Of a DNA stretch of 64,000 nucleotides, positions 63,480 through 64,000 are shown piece after piece. Under the pieces are notes generated by a model that saw only the letters and a program-made list of their open reading frames with translations, did no database searches and was not told the DNA's origin. Source of the DNA: Hypanus sabinus (taxonomy: Eukaryota). Position 1 is the stretch's first letter. Each line of letters begins with the position of its first letter. The DNA is taken from the NCBI RefSeq assembly GCF_030144855.1, contig NC_082710.1, positions 174,840,001 through 174,904,000 of the forward strand, read 5' to 3'. Both the position numbers and the translations under genes were made by a program.

Positions 63480-64000
63480 TCAACTGACTCGGCTTTCTCT
63501 ATTCTGCTTGTTATCTCTTCAGAGAATTCCAACAGATTTGTCAGGCAAGATTTTCTCTTGAGGAAACCATGTTGACTATGACCTATTTTATCATGTGCCC
63601 CCAAGACCTCTTCCTTAGTAATCGACTCCAATATCGTCACAACCACTGAAGACAGACTAACTGGCCTATAATTTCCTTTCTTCTGCCTTTTTCCCTCTTG
63701 AAGAGTGGAGTGATATTTGCAATTTTCCAGTCTTCCATAACCATTCCAGAATCTCGTGATTCTTGAAAGTTCATTACAAATGCTTCCACGATCTCTTCAG
63801 CCACTGATTTCAGAACTGTGGCGTGTATGCCATCTGGTCAAGGTGACTGATTTACCTGCAGACCTTTCAGTTTCCCAAGAATCTTCTCTCTAGTTATTGT
63901 AATTTCACACACTACATGACCCCTGACACCATACTGCTGGTGTCTCCCATTACTTTCTCTCCAGCGTAATTTTCCAGTGGTCCAATATCCACTCTCACCT
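63480..64000 (-). mobile_element. CR1 RT fragment
   Basis: SQHGFLKRKSCLTNLLEF and an NYRPVS-like region. Confidence 0.8.

Overview
Vertebrate genomic DNA, most likely from a cartilaginous fish (ray-like), inferred from the repeat repertoire of Penelope, CR1, Rex1/Babar-type LINEs and tRNA-SINEs. There is one 432-N assembly gap at 5960-6391. The left 25 kb holds two tandem copies (period about 15.6 kb) of a cassette: an intronless, HSE-driven cytosolic HSP70 gene (+), followed about 3.7-3.9 kb downstream by a convergent, complete U1 snRNA gene (-) with PSE, octamer-like element and 3' box. The genes and their promoters are near-identical between copies, while the spacer between them is old and diverged. 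The right half holds one intact 7-exon TRIM gene (RING-Bbox2-coiled coil-PRY/SPRY, 474 aa by manual splicing) whose RING is split by an intron. The rest is mostly transposon debris. The most unusual items are a non-autonomous hAT/Charlie element that appears to carry a captured 3' end of 28S rRNA, the co-duplicated HSP70-U1 cassette, and minimal hammerhead ribozyme motifs in Penelope terminal repeats. Family assignments come from motif recognition by eye, not database searches.
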